Source: Betaproteobacteria bacterium (GTDB taxonomy: Bacteria; Pseudomonadota; Gammaproteobacteria; Burkholderiales; Burkholderiaceae_C). From it: 32,000 bases of DNA. The position numbers were made by a program, and so were the translations under genes. Below are positions 5,819 to 13,825 of the stretch, one piece after another. The stretch's first letter is position 1, and every line of letters begins with the position of its first letter. The stretch lies in the NCBI GenBank assembly GCA_947453725.1, contig CANGHH010000017.1, positions 1 through 32,000 of the forward strand, in the 5' to 3' direction. Below the pieces are notes generated by a model. It searched no databases. It saw only the letters and a list, made by a program, of their open reading frames with translations, and was not told the DNA's origin.

Positions 5819-6982
5819 TTAGTGACTTGACGCTGAGGAACGAGCGGCGTGCGCCTCGGCCATTCCTTCTTCCGAAGCTCTGGGCACATAGCCATACAGC
5901 GGATCGGGGTCTTTGGCTTTGCGATCAATCGCATCCAGCTTGCACCGCTCAATCTTCTTCCGCAATTCCTCCGCGTCTTCTCCGGCCACCTTGTAGACGG
6001 CAGCGTGGATAGTCCTCTGAAGTTCAGACGTCAGCGGCACTTGCGCATAGACCTTCAGCGTGTCGTATTCAACGCGCGCAACCAAGAGCACTTCCCGCCA
6101 ATCCGCGGAGGTCAAGCGGCTACGCTGATCGCGGGTCAACATCGTGACGGTTAGGAATGGATTGCTTTGCTCGACCTCAAGCCACTCTTTCGTCAAGTCG
6201 GCAGCCAACTGCTTGTCGTCGCGCTCTAGTAGGCTATTTGGATTGACCTTTCGAGCACTCGTCCGAACTACTTCAAAGCCACCTTCGTCGATGATGAACT
6301 GTTCAAAATGGTCTGGCTCGATACCCCACTGCGACGCGTATTCAAGCGCCCTTGAGTACAGATGAACCCGCTTCGGAGTCAAGTCGGCAAAGACCATTCT
6401 CACAATCACCGACGCGTTTGGGGCATCCTTGTGCACAGTCACGTCTTGTGCTTTTAGCGTGGCACGAAGCGACCTGTAGATTTCGACCGACTGTTCACTG
6501 GTCTCAGCCAACAGGTACGCCCTGTAAGCCCCAGCAACAAGCGTACGAATCGCATTCCGCCCTGGCGTGACGTACTTGTCCATGACCCCTTTAGCCAGCT
6601 TGGCCAGGGTCTTCAGGGGCAGCAGCACATTGCCGTATTGAACCAGCCCCTGGAGTTGCTCCTGGCTCAAATCTTCCGGCACGGAAATGCCGAACAACTT
6701 TGAGACTTGATCTGCCGTATAGGTCGGCTTGCCGTCCGCGACGAGCTTTGCCGTGTACTCCGCATCGGCCTTCTTGCCGAGCGCGGCTAAGCGTGCACGG
6801 AAGTCGGCCAGAGCCTGCGTGATTTGCTCGTCGGGTGGGCTGGTTGTGCTCGACGTGGCGCCCAGTTCGATTACATCGGTGACCTTGGAGGATGCGCTCT
6901 TTGACTTCTTCTTCGGCAGCGCATCCAGAACCTCTTGCTCAGGGGAAGATGACTGCGGCGTGAACTTGGTAGGTTTGGGCAT
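5819..6982 (-). CDS. Hypothetical protein (387 aa), no recognisable domain
   Basis: ORF from the track. AGGGA lies about 9 nt upstream of the ATG at 6982. The first ~60 aa are Ser/Thr/Pro/Lys-rich and look disordered; the rest looks mostly helical. No Walker, HxH or nuclease motif was seen. Confidence 0.7.
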   Translation of the reverse strand: MPKPTKFTPQSSSPEQEVLDALPKKKSKSASSKVTDVIELGATSSTTSPPDEQITQALADFRARLAALGKKADAEYTAKLVADGKPTYTADQVSKLFGISVPEDLSQEQLQGLVQYGNVLLPLKTLAKLAKGVMDKYVTPGRNAIRTLVAGAYRAYLLAETSEQSVEIYRSLRATLKAQDVTVHKDAPNASVIVRMVFADLTPKRVHLYSRALEYASQWGIEPDHFEQFIIDEGGFEVVRTSARKVNPNSLLERDDKQLAADLTKEWLEVEQSNPFLTVTMLTRDQRSRLTSADWREVLLVARVEYDTLKVYAQVPLTSELQRTIHAAVYKVAGEDAEELRKKIERCKLDAIDRKAKDPDPLYGYVPRASEEGMAEAHAARSSASSH

Positions 6983-7223
6983 GATCGGCGTCCCTGGCTG
7001 GCCAGCTTATTACTTGAAGCAACAAGTTTGGTCATCGGCGCCGGACAAGCCGTCTTGAGGCCGACTACTGCGACGAGGCCGGCGATGACGCGAGTTACGT
7101 CATGGTGCTGGGGCGGGCGGGTCTTCATCGCCAACCTCGTCGCCCCATCTGGGGCTGCTCAAGGCAGTCTGACGGTCGACTGGCTCAGGGTGCGCGCCAT
7201 CACCAATCAACACGCACAGCGCC

Positions 7224-7248
7224 AATGAAGAAGCCCCACGAGGGGGCT
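7224..7248 (-). terminator. Rho-independent terminator downstream of the integrase gene
   Basis: The minus-strand RNA reads AGCCCC-CUCGU-GGGGCU followed by UCUUCAUU. The stem is 7232-7237 paired with 7243-7248. It lies 45 nt after the int stop codon. Confidence 0.5.
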
Positions 7249-7292
7249 CTGCAGGGGTCGTAGCCCACCACGATGCGGTGGATGCTACGTGG

Positions 7293-8345
7293 CTATGCCT
7301 CGTTGGTCAGACGTGCTGCCTTGGCCATGACCTCATCCTCGATCACATGGGCGTAGACCATCGTGCTCTGGATCGTCTTGTGTCCCAGAAATTTCTGCAG
7401 TTCCAGCAGGTTGAGCCCCTTGTTCAGCAGGTGTACAGCCTTTGTATGGCGCAGGGTGTGGATGGTCACCGTACCGTGTGTTTGATCCAGCGCCGCCCTG
7501 GCTACCGCCGCACGCATCCACTTGGACTCGTTGTTTTGACGCTGCTTGCTGCTGAAGACCACATCGCCCTTCTCCATCTGCCTGCGGCGGGTAAGGATTT
7601 CCCGCATGGTCTTGGTCATGTTCAGCACACCATCAACGCTGCCCTTGGCGCGTTTGATGTGGACTGTGCCTGCGACGAGATCGACTTGCGTCCATCGCAG
7701 CAAGGCAATTTCCGAATAGCGAGCGCCAGTTTCGTAGAGCAGTCTAACCAGATCGAAGTTCTCTAGGCGCTGAGCTTTCAGTACTTCATCGTCTGACGTT
7801 ATGTAGGCCGGATCAATTGCCACGTACAGCTTGGCCAATTCATCTTTGGTCATCCACCTGATCTTGCCGCTGTCGTGCTTGATCGGCTTCATCTTCTTTC
7901 TGACCGTGTAGCCAAGGTCGCCAACATGCCTAATCATTGCATTGAAGTAGGCAACGCTTACCTTCAACGTGCTCTCCTTGTAGCCCTCGGCACGCTTGCT
8001 GGTAAGCACAGCGTTCAACTCTTCATCGGTAACGCGGTCCAAGTAGTGGTCAGGCGCTGCTCGGAAGTAGCGCATGTGGATCTCACAGTTCTGGTGGCTT
8101 GGCAGGTGCTGCCTGGACCTCAGGAACAAGTCGATGGCTGCATGCAAGCGGATGGGCTTCTTGCCAGCCAGCACGACCTCCTGCACCAGATCGGAGCGGC
8201 GCTTGTCGCGGATTCGCTCCGCTTCCCTACGGTTGCTCGTATGGGTGGACTCCGCAACCGTCACCCCTTTCACCGTAAAGCGTAGGTGCCAAGTGGTGCC
8301 GCGCAGCAGCAGGCCGTCATAGTTCGTTTTGGAGCGCGTAGCCAT
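7293..8345 (-). CDS. int: Phage-type tyrosine integrase (350 aa)
   Basis: Catalytic residues: Arg in ETGARYSE, His-x-x-Arg in HTLRHT, His and Tyr in LGHKTIQSTMVYAHV. It is full-length, with an N-terminal DNA-binding region, and lies next to the tRNA-derived sequence at the island edge. Confidence 0.95.
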   Translation of the reverse strand: MATRSKTNYDGLLLRGTTWHLRFTVKGVTVAESTHTSNRREAERIRDKRRSDLVQEVVLAGKKPIRLHAAIDLFLRSRQHLPSHQNCEIHMRYFRAAPDHYLDRVTDEELNAVLTSKRAEGYKESTLKVSVAYFNAMIRHVGDLGYTVRKKMKPIKHDSGKIRWMTKDELAKLYVAIDPAYITSDDEVLKAQRLENFDLVRLLYETGARYSEIALLRWTQVDLVAGTVHIKRAKGSVDGVLNMTKTMREILTRRRQMEKGDVVFSSKQRQNNESKWMRAAVARAALDQTHGTVTIHTLRHTKAVHLLNKGLNLLELQKFLGHKTIQSTMVYAHVIEDEVMAKAARLTNEA

Positions 8346-8354
8346 GCTGTCAGT

Positions 8355-8442
8355 CTTTTGTCACAGTGACAGCTTCTATTGTGCCCCCGCAGTATTACTT
8401 TTGTCAGTCCAAAATTAGCTGGAAAACGGCGAATTTTGTCAC
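8355..8442. promoter_or_regulatory. Three direct TTTTGTCA(C/G) repeats plus a TGTCAC-A-GTGACA palindrome; candidate integrase arm-type or operator sites
   Basis: TTTTGTCAC lies at 8356-8364, where it is part of the palindrome TGTCACAGTGACA at 8359-8371. TTTTGTCAG lies at 8399-8407 and TTTTGTCAC at 8434-8442. All are in the AT-rich spacer between the int start and the tRNA-like sequence. Confidence 0.45.
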
Positions 8443-8553
8443 GCAAAAATGGCGGGTGGGCTTGCACTAGGCTGGCGCAGGCGTCGCGCGCCATTTGCCA
8501 CTTTTGAGAGCTAGCAAATACGAGGTTCATCCGCGCAGTGGTCACTAACTTAT

Positions 8554-8630
8554 TTCGCGCAGCTTTACAATGGATAGAACGGGTGCCTCCTAAGCGCCAG
8601 ATACAGGTTCGATTCCTGTCGGCGGGACCA
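8554..8630 (+). tRNA. tRNA-Arg(CCU)-derived sequence, probably a non-functional or 5'-replaced copy (island att remnant)
   Basis: The 3' two-thirds fold perfectly: anticodon arm GGTGC/CTCCTAA/GCGCC (anticodon CCT at 8589-8591), T arm ACAGG/TTCGATT/CCTGT, 3' acceptor strand CGGCGGG, discriminator A, and an encoded CCA (8628-8630). The 5' strand TTCGCGC (8554-8560) gives only 3 Watson-Crick and 2 G-U pairs out of 7, and the D stem has a C-C mismatch. Confidence 0.6.
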
Positions 8631-8773
8631 TGCGCCCGCCAGGCCACAGCGCCAACAAGCGCACAGCGGCCGACGGCCGACGGGGCCAACTTAACCCCCG
8701 CGACGCACGCTGACGGGTGACCCGGTCCTATACTGGCCGCTGGCGTGTGCCAACCCCCGAAAGCGAGCTGGTC

Positions 8774-10219
8774 ATGGGATCCAAAATGAAGGTTGCCGGC
8801 TTCCTGGCCCTGGGCGCCGTGGCCGGGGCCTTGACGACGATGCAATTGCAGGCCGTGGCCCGCAGTTCGATGGCGCCGCTGCCGCTGGAAGAAGTGCAGC
8901 AGCTGGCGGCCGTCTTCGACCGCGTCAAGTCCGAATACGTCGAACCGGTGGACGAGAAGAAGCTGATCAGCGACGCCATCGCCGGCATGGTCGCGGGCCT
9001 CGACCCGCACAGCCAGTATTTCGACAAGAAGAGCTACAAGGAATTCCGCGAGGCCACCGGTGGCAAGTTCATCGGCATCGGCATCGAAATGGGCATGGAA
9101 GAAGGCCTGGTCAAGGTCGTCTCGCCGATCGAGGGCAGCCCCGCCTTCCGCGCCGGCCTGAAGCCCGGTGACCTGATCACGCGCATCGACGACACGCCCG
9201 TCAAGGGCCTGACGGTCGACCAGGCGGTCAAGAAGATGCGCGGCGAGCCCAATACCAAGGTGGTGCTGACGGTCTACCGCAAGACCGAGAGCCGCAGCTT
9301 CCCGGTGAACATCGTGCGCGAGGAAATCCGCATGCAGAGCGTGCGCGCCGGCATGGCCGCGCCGGGCTACGGCTGGATTCGCGTCAGCCAGTTCCAGGAC
9401 CGCACGGTCGACGACTTCGTGCGCAAGGTCGAAGAGCTGTACAAGCAGGATCCGAACCTCAAGGGTCTGGTGCTCGACCTGCGCAACGACCCGGGCGGCC
9501 TGCTCGATGGCGCGGTGGCGCTGTCGGCCGCCTTCCTGCCGACCGACGTGGTCGTGGTCTCGACCAACGGCCAGTTGGCCGAGTCGCGCGCCACCTTCCG
9601 CGCCAACCCCGAGTTCTACGCCCGGCGGGCCGGCACCGACCCGCTGAAGAAGCTGCCGGCCGCGCTGAAGAGCGTGCCGCTGGTGGTGCTGGTCAACGAA
9701 GGCTCGGCCTCGGCCAGCGAGATCGTCGCCGGCGCCTTGCAGGACCACAAGCGCGCCACCGTGATGGGCGCGCAGACCTTCGGCAAGGGCTCGGTGCAGA
9801 CGGTGCGCCCGCTGCCCGCCGACACGGCGCTGAAGATCACCACCGCACGCTACTACACGCCCAGCGGCCGCAGCATCCAGGCCAAGGGCATCGTGCCCGA
9901 TGTCTGGCTCGACGAAACCGCCGAAGGCAATGTCTACGCCGCGCTGCGCATGCGCGAGGCCGACCTCGACAAGCACCTGAGCGGCGCCGACGAAAAGAAG
10001 GACGTCGAACGCGAGAAGGCCCGCGACGAAGCCCGCAAGAAGCTCGAGGACCAGCTCGCCAAGACCAAGGAACCGGTCAAGCCGCTGCCCGAATTCGGCA
10101 CCGCCGAAGACTTCCCGCTGCAGCAGGCCGTGAATCAGCTGCGTGGCCTGCCAGTGGTGGCCAGCAAGACGGCGGCCGGCGAACAGCGCGCCGAGGCCCC
10201 CGCAGCGAGCACCAAATAA
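8774..10219 (+). CDS. ctpA: Carboxy-terminal processing protease (peptidase S41, PDZ-containing)
   Basis: An N-terminal signal or TM segment (MKVAGFLALGAVAGAL), a PDZ-like region, the S41 nucleophile motif GSASASEI and the Lys motif TFGKGSVQ. The start is placed at ATG 8774; the ORF is open from 8717. Confidence 0.93.
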   Translation: MGSKMKVAGFLALGAVAGALTTMQLQAVARSSMAPLPLEEVQQLAAVFDRVKSEYVEPVDEKKLISDAIAGMVAGLDPHSQYFDKKSYKEFREATGGKFIGIGIEMGMEEGLVKVVSPIEGSPAFRAGLKPGDLITRIDDTPVKGLTVDQAVKKMRGEPNTKVVLTVYRKTESRSFPVNIVREEIRMQSVRAGMAAPGYGWIRVSQFQDRTVDDFVRKVEELYKQDPNLKGLVLDLRNDPGGLLDGAVALSAAFLPTDVVVVSTNGQLAESRATFRANPEFYARRAGTDPLKKLPAALKSVPLVVLVNEGSASASEIVAGALQDHKRATVMGAQTFGKGSVQTVRPLPADTALKITTARYYTPSGRSIQAKGIVPDVWLDETAEGNVYAALRMREADLDKHLSGADEKKDVEREKARDEARKKLEDQLAKTKEPVKPLPEFGTAEDFPLQQAVNQLRGLPVVASKTAAGEQRAEAPAASTK

Positions 10220-10227
10220 GCCAGGCC

Positions 10228-10284
10228 GCCAGCGCGCACCAGGGCGCTGGCCACGAAGCCCGCTACGGCGGGCTTCGCTGTTTC
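10228..10284 (+). terminator. Tandem hairpins after ctpA; the second is a classical intrinsic terminator
   Basis: First hairpin: GCCAGCGC (10228-10235) pairs with GCGCTGGC (10244-10251). Second hairpin: GAAGCCCGC-TACG-GCGGGCTTC (10255-10276), followed by GCTGTTTC. Confidence 0.6.
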
Positions 10285-10325
10285 AGCGACGCGCCCTGCA
10301 CCCCCGACACGACCGCCCCCGCACG

Positions 10326-11105
10326 ATGAACGACGAGCAACTGCAGCGTTACGCCCGCCACCTGATGCTCGACGAAATCGGCATCGAAGGCCAGCGCCGG
10401 CTGCTGGCCGCGCATGTGCTGGTGATCGGCGCCGGCGGCCTCGGTTCGCCAGCGCTGCTCTACCTGGGCAGCGCCGGCGTGGGCCGCATCACCGTGGTCG
10501 ACGACGACGATGTCGACCTGACCAACCTGCAGCGGCAGATCGCCCATCCGCTGTCGCGCGTCGGCCAGCCCAAGGCCGAATCGGCGCGCGCCACGGTGGC
10601 AGCCATCAACCCCGACGTGCAGCTTCGCGCGCTGGTGCGGCGCGCCGATGCGGCGCTGCTCGACGAGTTGCTGCCCGGCGTCGACGTGGTGCTCGACTGC
10701 TGCGACAACTTCGCCACCCGGCACGCCGTCAACGCCGCCTGCGTGCGCCACGGCAAGCCGCTGGTGTCGGGCGCGGCCATCGGCTGGGACGCGCAGATCG
10801 CGGTCTACGACACGCGCCGCGCCAATGCGCCCTGCTACGCCTGCCTGTTCCCGCCCGACGCCGGGCACCAGGAGGCCTCGTGCAACACGATGGGCGTGTT
10901 CGCCCCGCTGGTCGGCATTGTCGGCAGCGTCCAGGCGGCCGAGGCGCTGAAGCTGATCATCGGCTGCGGCGAGCCGCTGGCCGGCCGGCTGCTGATGCTC
11001 GACGCACGCAGCCTGCGCTGGGACACGCTGAGCCTGCCGCGCCAGCCGCAGTGCCCGGTCTGCGCCACGCGGCCTGCAGGGCCGCTGCTGTCCGCGCGGC
11101 CTTAA
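10326..11105 (+). CDS. moeB: Molybdopterin-synthase adenylyltransferase (MoeB/ThiF family)
   Basis: Start at MNDEQLQRYARHLML. Nucleotide-binding motif GAGGLGSPALLYLGSAGVG, DLTNLQRQ, and two CxxC pairs (CYAC, CPVC). The upstream part of the track ORF (10143-10325) is Arg/Pro-rich non-coding read-through. Confidence 0.88.
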   Translation: MNDEQLQRYARHLMLDEIGIEGQRRLLAAHVLVIGAGGLGSPALLYLGSAGVGRITVVDDDDVDLTNLQRQIAHPLSRVGQPKAESARATVAAINPDVQLRALVRRADAALLDELLPGVDVVLDCCDNFATRHAVNAACVRHGKPLVSGAAIGWDAQIAVYDTRRANAPCYACLFPPDAGHQEASCNTMGVFAPLVGIVGSVQAAEALKLIIGCGEPLAGRLLMLDARSLRWDTLSLPRQPQCPVCATRPAGPLLSARP

Positions 11106-11115
11106 GCTCGGCGAC

Positions 11116-12021
11116 ATGAACGAAGCGAAGCCCGCCCTCGCCGCCCGCAACTTCCCGAGCGCCGAAGAAGAAGCCAGCGCCCAGCCGCCAGCCTCGCTGT
11201 ATGGCGGGCCGGAAAGCGCCTACCGGCTGGCCTTCACCGACACCGACTTCCTGCTGCGCGAGGAGTTGCGCCCGGTGCGCATGCAGCTGGAACTGCTGAA
11301 GCCCGAAATGGTGCAGCAGGAACAGGGCATCGAGTCGACCATCGTGATCTTCGGCAGTGCGCGCGTGCAGCCTGCGGCAGGCGCCGACGCGGCGGTCGAT
11401 GCCGCGCGCGCCAGCGGCGACGCCATCGCGCTGAAGCGCGCCGAAGGCCTGGCCGGCATGAGCCGCTACTACGACGAGGCGCGGCGCTTCGCGGCGCTGG
11501 TCACCGTGCGGTCCCGCGAGCACGCCACGCCGATCTATGTCGTCACCGGCGGCGGCCCCGGCATCATGGAAGCCGGCAACCGCGGCGCCTTCGAAGTCGG
11601 CGGCAAGAGCATCGGCCTGAACATCGTGCTGCCGCACGAGCAGGCGCCCAACCCCTACATCACGCCCGAACTGTGCTTCCAGTTCCACTATTTCGCGCTG
11701 CGCAAGATGCACTTCCTGATGCGCAGCATCGCGCTGGTCTGCTTTCCGGGCGGTTTCGGCACCCTTGACGAGCTCTTCGAGACGATGACGCTGGTCCAGA
11801 CCGGCAAGAGCCGCAAGCGCCCCATCCTGCTCTTCGGCCGCGACTTCTGGACGCGGCTGATCGACTTCGACTACCTCGTCGAAACTGGCATGGTCAGCGC
11901 GGTGGACATGGGCTTGTTCCGCTTCGTCGAAACCGCCGAGGAAGCCTGGGACGTGCTGGCCGCGCACTACGGCTTCGACGCGCCCGCCCTCGAAGGCGGC
12001 GGCGACGCCGAGGACCTCTGA
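11116..12021 (+). CDS. LOG-family (TIGR00730-type) nucleotide N-glycosidase-like protein
   Basis: Motifs VTGGGPGIMEAGNRGA and FPGGFGTLDELFE (PGGxGTxxE). Confidence 0.85.
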   Translation: MNEAKPALAARNFPSAEEEASAQPPASLYGGPESAYRLAFTDTDFLLREELRPVRMQLELLKPEMVQQEQGIESTIVIFGSARVQPAAGADAAVDAARASGDAIALKRAEGLAGMSRYYDEARRFAALVTVRSREHATPIYVVTGGGPGIMEAGNRGAFEVGGKSIGLNIVLPHEQAPNPYITPELCFQFHYFALRKMHFLMRSIALVCFPGGFGTLDELFETMTLVQTGKSRKRPILLFGRDFWTRLIDFDYLVETGMVSAVDMGLFRFVETAEEAWDVLAAHYGFDAPALEGGGDAEDL

Positions 12022-12028
12022 TCCCGCG

Positions 12029-12946
12029 ATGACCCAAGCCATCAGCCTGATCGGCGCGCCGACCGACATCGGCGCTGGCGCGCGCGGTGCCAGCATGGGC
12101 CCGGAAGCCCTGCGCGTGGCCGGCCTGCGCGCGGCGCTGGAAGGCCGCGGTCTGGCGGTGAGCGACCGCGGCAACCTCGGCGGCCCGGCCAACCCCTGGC
12201 TGCCGCCGGTGGACGGCTACCGCCACCTCGCCGAGGCCGTGGCCTGGAACCATGCGGTGCACGAGGCCGTGCACACCGAACTCGCGGCCGGCCAGCTGCC
12301 GATCCTGCTCGGCGGCGACCACTGTCTGGCCATCGGCAGCATCAGCGCCGTGGCGCGCCACTGCCGCGCGAAGGGCCGCAAGCTGCGCGTGCTGTGGCTC
12401 GACGCCCACGCCGACTTCAACACCAGCCGGCTGACGCCCAGCGGCAACGTCCACGGCATGCCGGTGGCCTGCCTGTGCGGGCACGGACCGCAAGCGCTGG
12501 TCGAGATCGGCGGCACGGTGCCGGCGATCCACCCCAAATGGCTGCGCCAGATCGGCATCCGCAGCGTCGATGCCGGCGAGAAGCGCTTCGTCCACCAGGT
12601 CGGCCTGGAAGTCTTCGACATGCGCTACATCGACGAGATGGGCATGCGCCACACGATGGAACTGGCGCTGGCCACGCTGGACGAGAACACCCACCTGCAC
12701 GTCAGCTTCGATGTCGATTTCCTCGACCCCGGGATCGCCCCCGGCGTCGGCACCACGGTGCCCGGCGGGCCGAGCTACCGCGAGGCCCAGCTGTGCATGG
12801 AAATGATCGCCGACAGCGGCCGCCTGGCCAGCCTGGACGTGATGGAGCTGAACCCGGCGCTGGACATCCGCAACCAGACGGCCGAGCTGGCGGTGGACCT
12901 GATCGAGAGCCTGTTCGGCAAGAGCACGCTGATGCGCCAGCGCTGA
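12029..12946 (+). CDS. rocF: Arginase
   Basis: Ureohydrolase Mn-binding motifs: GGDHCLAIGS, WLDAHADFNT, SFDVDFLDPGIAPG, and MELNP near the C-terminus. Confidence 0.88.
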   Translation: MTQAISLIGAPTDIGAGARGASMGPEALRVAGLRAALEGRGLAVSDRGNLGGPANPWLPPVDGYRHLAEAVAWNHAVHEAVHTELAAGQLPILLGGDHCLAIGSISAVARHCRAKGRKLRVLWLDAHADFNTSRLTPSGNVHGMPVACLCGHGPQALVEIGGTVPAIHPKWLRQIGIRSVDAGEKRFVHQVGLEVFDMRYIDEMGMRHTMELALATLDENTHLHVSFDVDFLDPGIAPGVGTTVPGGPSYREAQLCMEMIADSGRLASLDVMELNPALDIRNQTAELAVDLIESLFGKSTLMRQR

Positions 12947-12980
12947 ATGCTGCAGGCAAAGGCACTGAACCAGAGAGACG

Positions 12981-13784
12981 ATGGACGACAAGCCCCTGCT
13001 GATCGGCGTTTCGGCGCGCATCCACGACCCCTTGGCCGCCGACCGCGCCGCCAGCGGCGTGTGGAGCAAGACCGTCCACTACCTCGAACAGAGCGTCGCC
13101 CACTGGCTGCTGCACGGCGGCGCTGTGGCCGTCATGGTGCCGGCCGTCAGCGAGGGCAGCGTGGTGCTGCGCAGCGACCTGAAGCTGCACCACTACGCCG
13201 CCGCGCTCGACGGCCTGGTGCTGCAGGGTGGCAACGACGTGGCGCCGCAGAGCTACGGCGAAATGCCGCTCGACGCCGCGTGGCAGGGCGATCGCGTTCG
13301 CGACCTCTACGAGATGGAACTGATCCGCGCCTTCGTCGCCGCCGGCAAGCCGGTGTTCGGCATCTGCCGCGGCCTGCAGCTGCTGAACGTCACCTTCGGC
13401 GGCACGCTGCTGCAGGACATCGCCACGCAGCGCCCCGACGCGCTGGCGCACCGTGAACCGGGCCGCTACGAACACCACCACCACGCCGTCGAATTCGTGC
13501 CCGGCAGCCACCTGGCCGGCCTCTTCCCCGGCCTGGCGCGGGCCACCACCAACAGCATCCACCACCAGGGCATCAAGGACCTGGCGCCCGACTTCGTGGT
13601 CGAGGCGCGCTGCCCCGAGGATGGCCTGGTCGAAGCGGTGCGCTGGCAGGGCCCGAGCTACGTGGCCGCCGTGCAGTGGCACCCCGAATTCCACGAACCC
13701 GACCACCCGACGACGCTGGACGACACGCCGATGTTGCACGACTTCCTCGGCGCGGCGCGGGCCGCACGCCGACCAGCGGGCTGA
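12981..13784 (+). CDS. Class-I glutamine amidotransferase-like / gamma-glutamyl-GABA hydrolase family (peptidase C26)
   Basis: Nucleophile motif GICRGLQLLNVTFGG, followed later by IHHQGI and VQWHPE. Confidence 0.82.
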   Translation: MDDKPLLIGVSARIHDPLAADRAASGVWSKTVHYLEQSVAHWLLHGGAVAVMVPAVSEGSVVLRSDLKLHHYAAALDGLVLQGGNDVAPQSYGEMPLDAAWQGDRVRDLYEMELIRAFVAAGKPVFGICRGLQLLNVTFGGTLLQDIATQRPDALAHREPGRYEHHHHAVEFVPGSHLAGLFPGLARATTNSIHHQGIKDLAPDFVVEARCPEDGLVEAVRWQGPSYVAAVQWHPEFHEPDHPTTLDDTPMLHDFLGAARAARRPAG

Positions 13785-13825
13785 TCGACGCCGCGCCGGC
13801 TGACCCCAGGCGCCGTCAGCCGCCT

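Larger units (their letters stand above)
1..8563. mobile_element. Integrated genomic island / integrative element; the right end is in the window and the left end lies beyond the window start
   Basis: DNA left of about 8.56 kb is visibly less GC-rich than the rest, with AT-rich spacers and weaker GC3 bias (not computed). It carries only accessory or mobile functions: two tyrosine recombinases, an R-M pair, an HUH Rep-like gene and orphan hypotheticals. It ends at a tRNA-Arg-like sequence next to the integrase gene. Housekeeping genes begin at 8774. Confidence 0.75.

Noticed and set aside
6871-7134. 87-aa minus ORF (TTG start, or ATG at 7128 with GAGG upstream) containing a hydrophobic stretch
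   Set aside because: It would overlap the start of the 387-aa gene by more than 100 nt in another frame. No AlpA/excisionase-like motif was found in 6983-7292.
8270-9976. 568-aa minus-strand ORF antisense to ctpA
   Set aside because: It is a typical GC-driven shadow ORF (Ala/Gly/Arg/His-rich, no motifs). The opposite strand encodes an unmistakable S41 protease.
10263-13739. Several long minus-strand ORFs (10263-11150, 10957-12192, 11894-13069, 12702-13739) and alternative + frames
   Set aside because: They are antisense or out of frame to clearly identifiable moeB, LOG, arginase and amidotransferase genes. Their Arg/Ala/Gly/Pro-rich composition is typical of non-coding frames in high-GC DNA.
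13797-13822. GC-rich hairpins between convergent genes: here, at 20103-20119 and at 23116-23151
   Set aside because: The stems are real (7-9 bp) but lack U-tracts on either strand. Such palindromes are frequent in 70% GC DNA, so they were not called as terminators.
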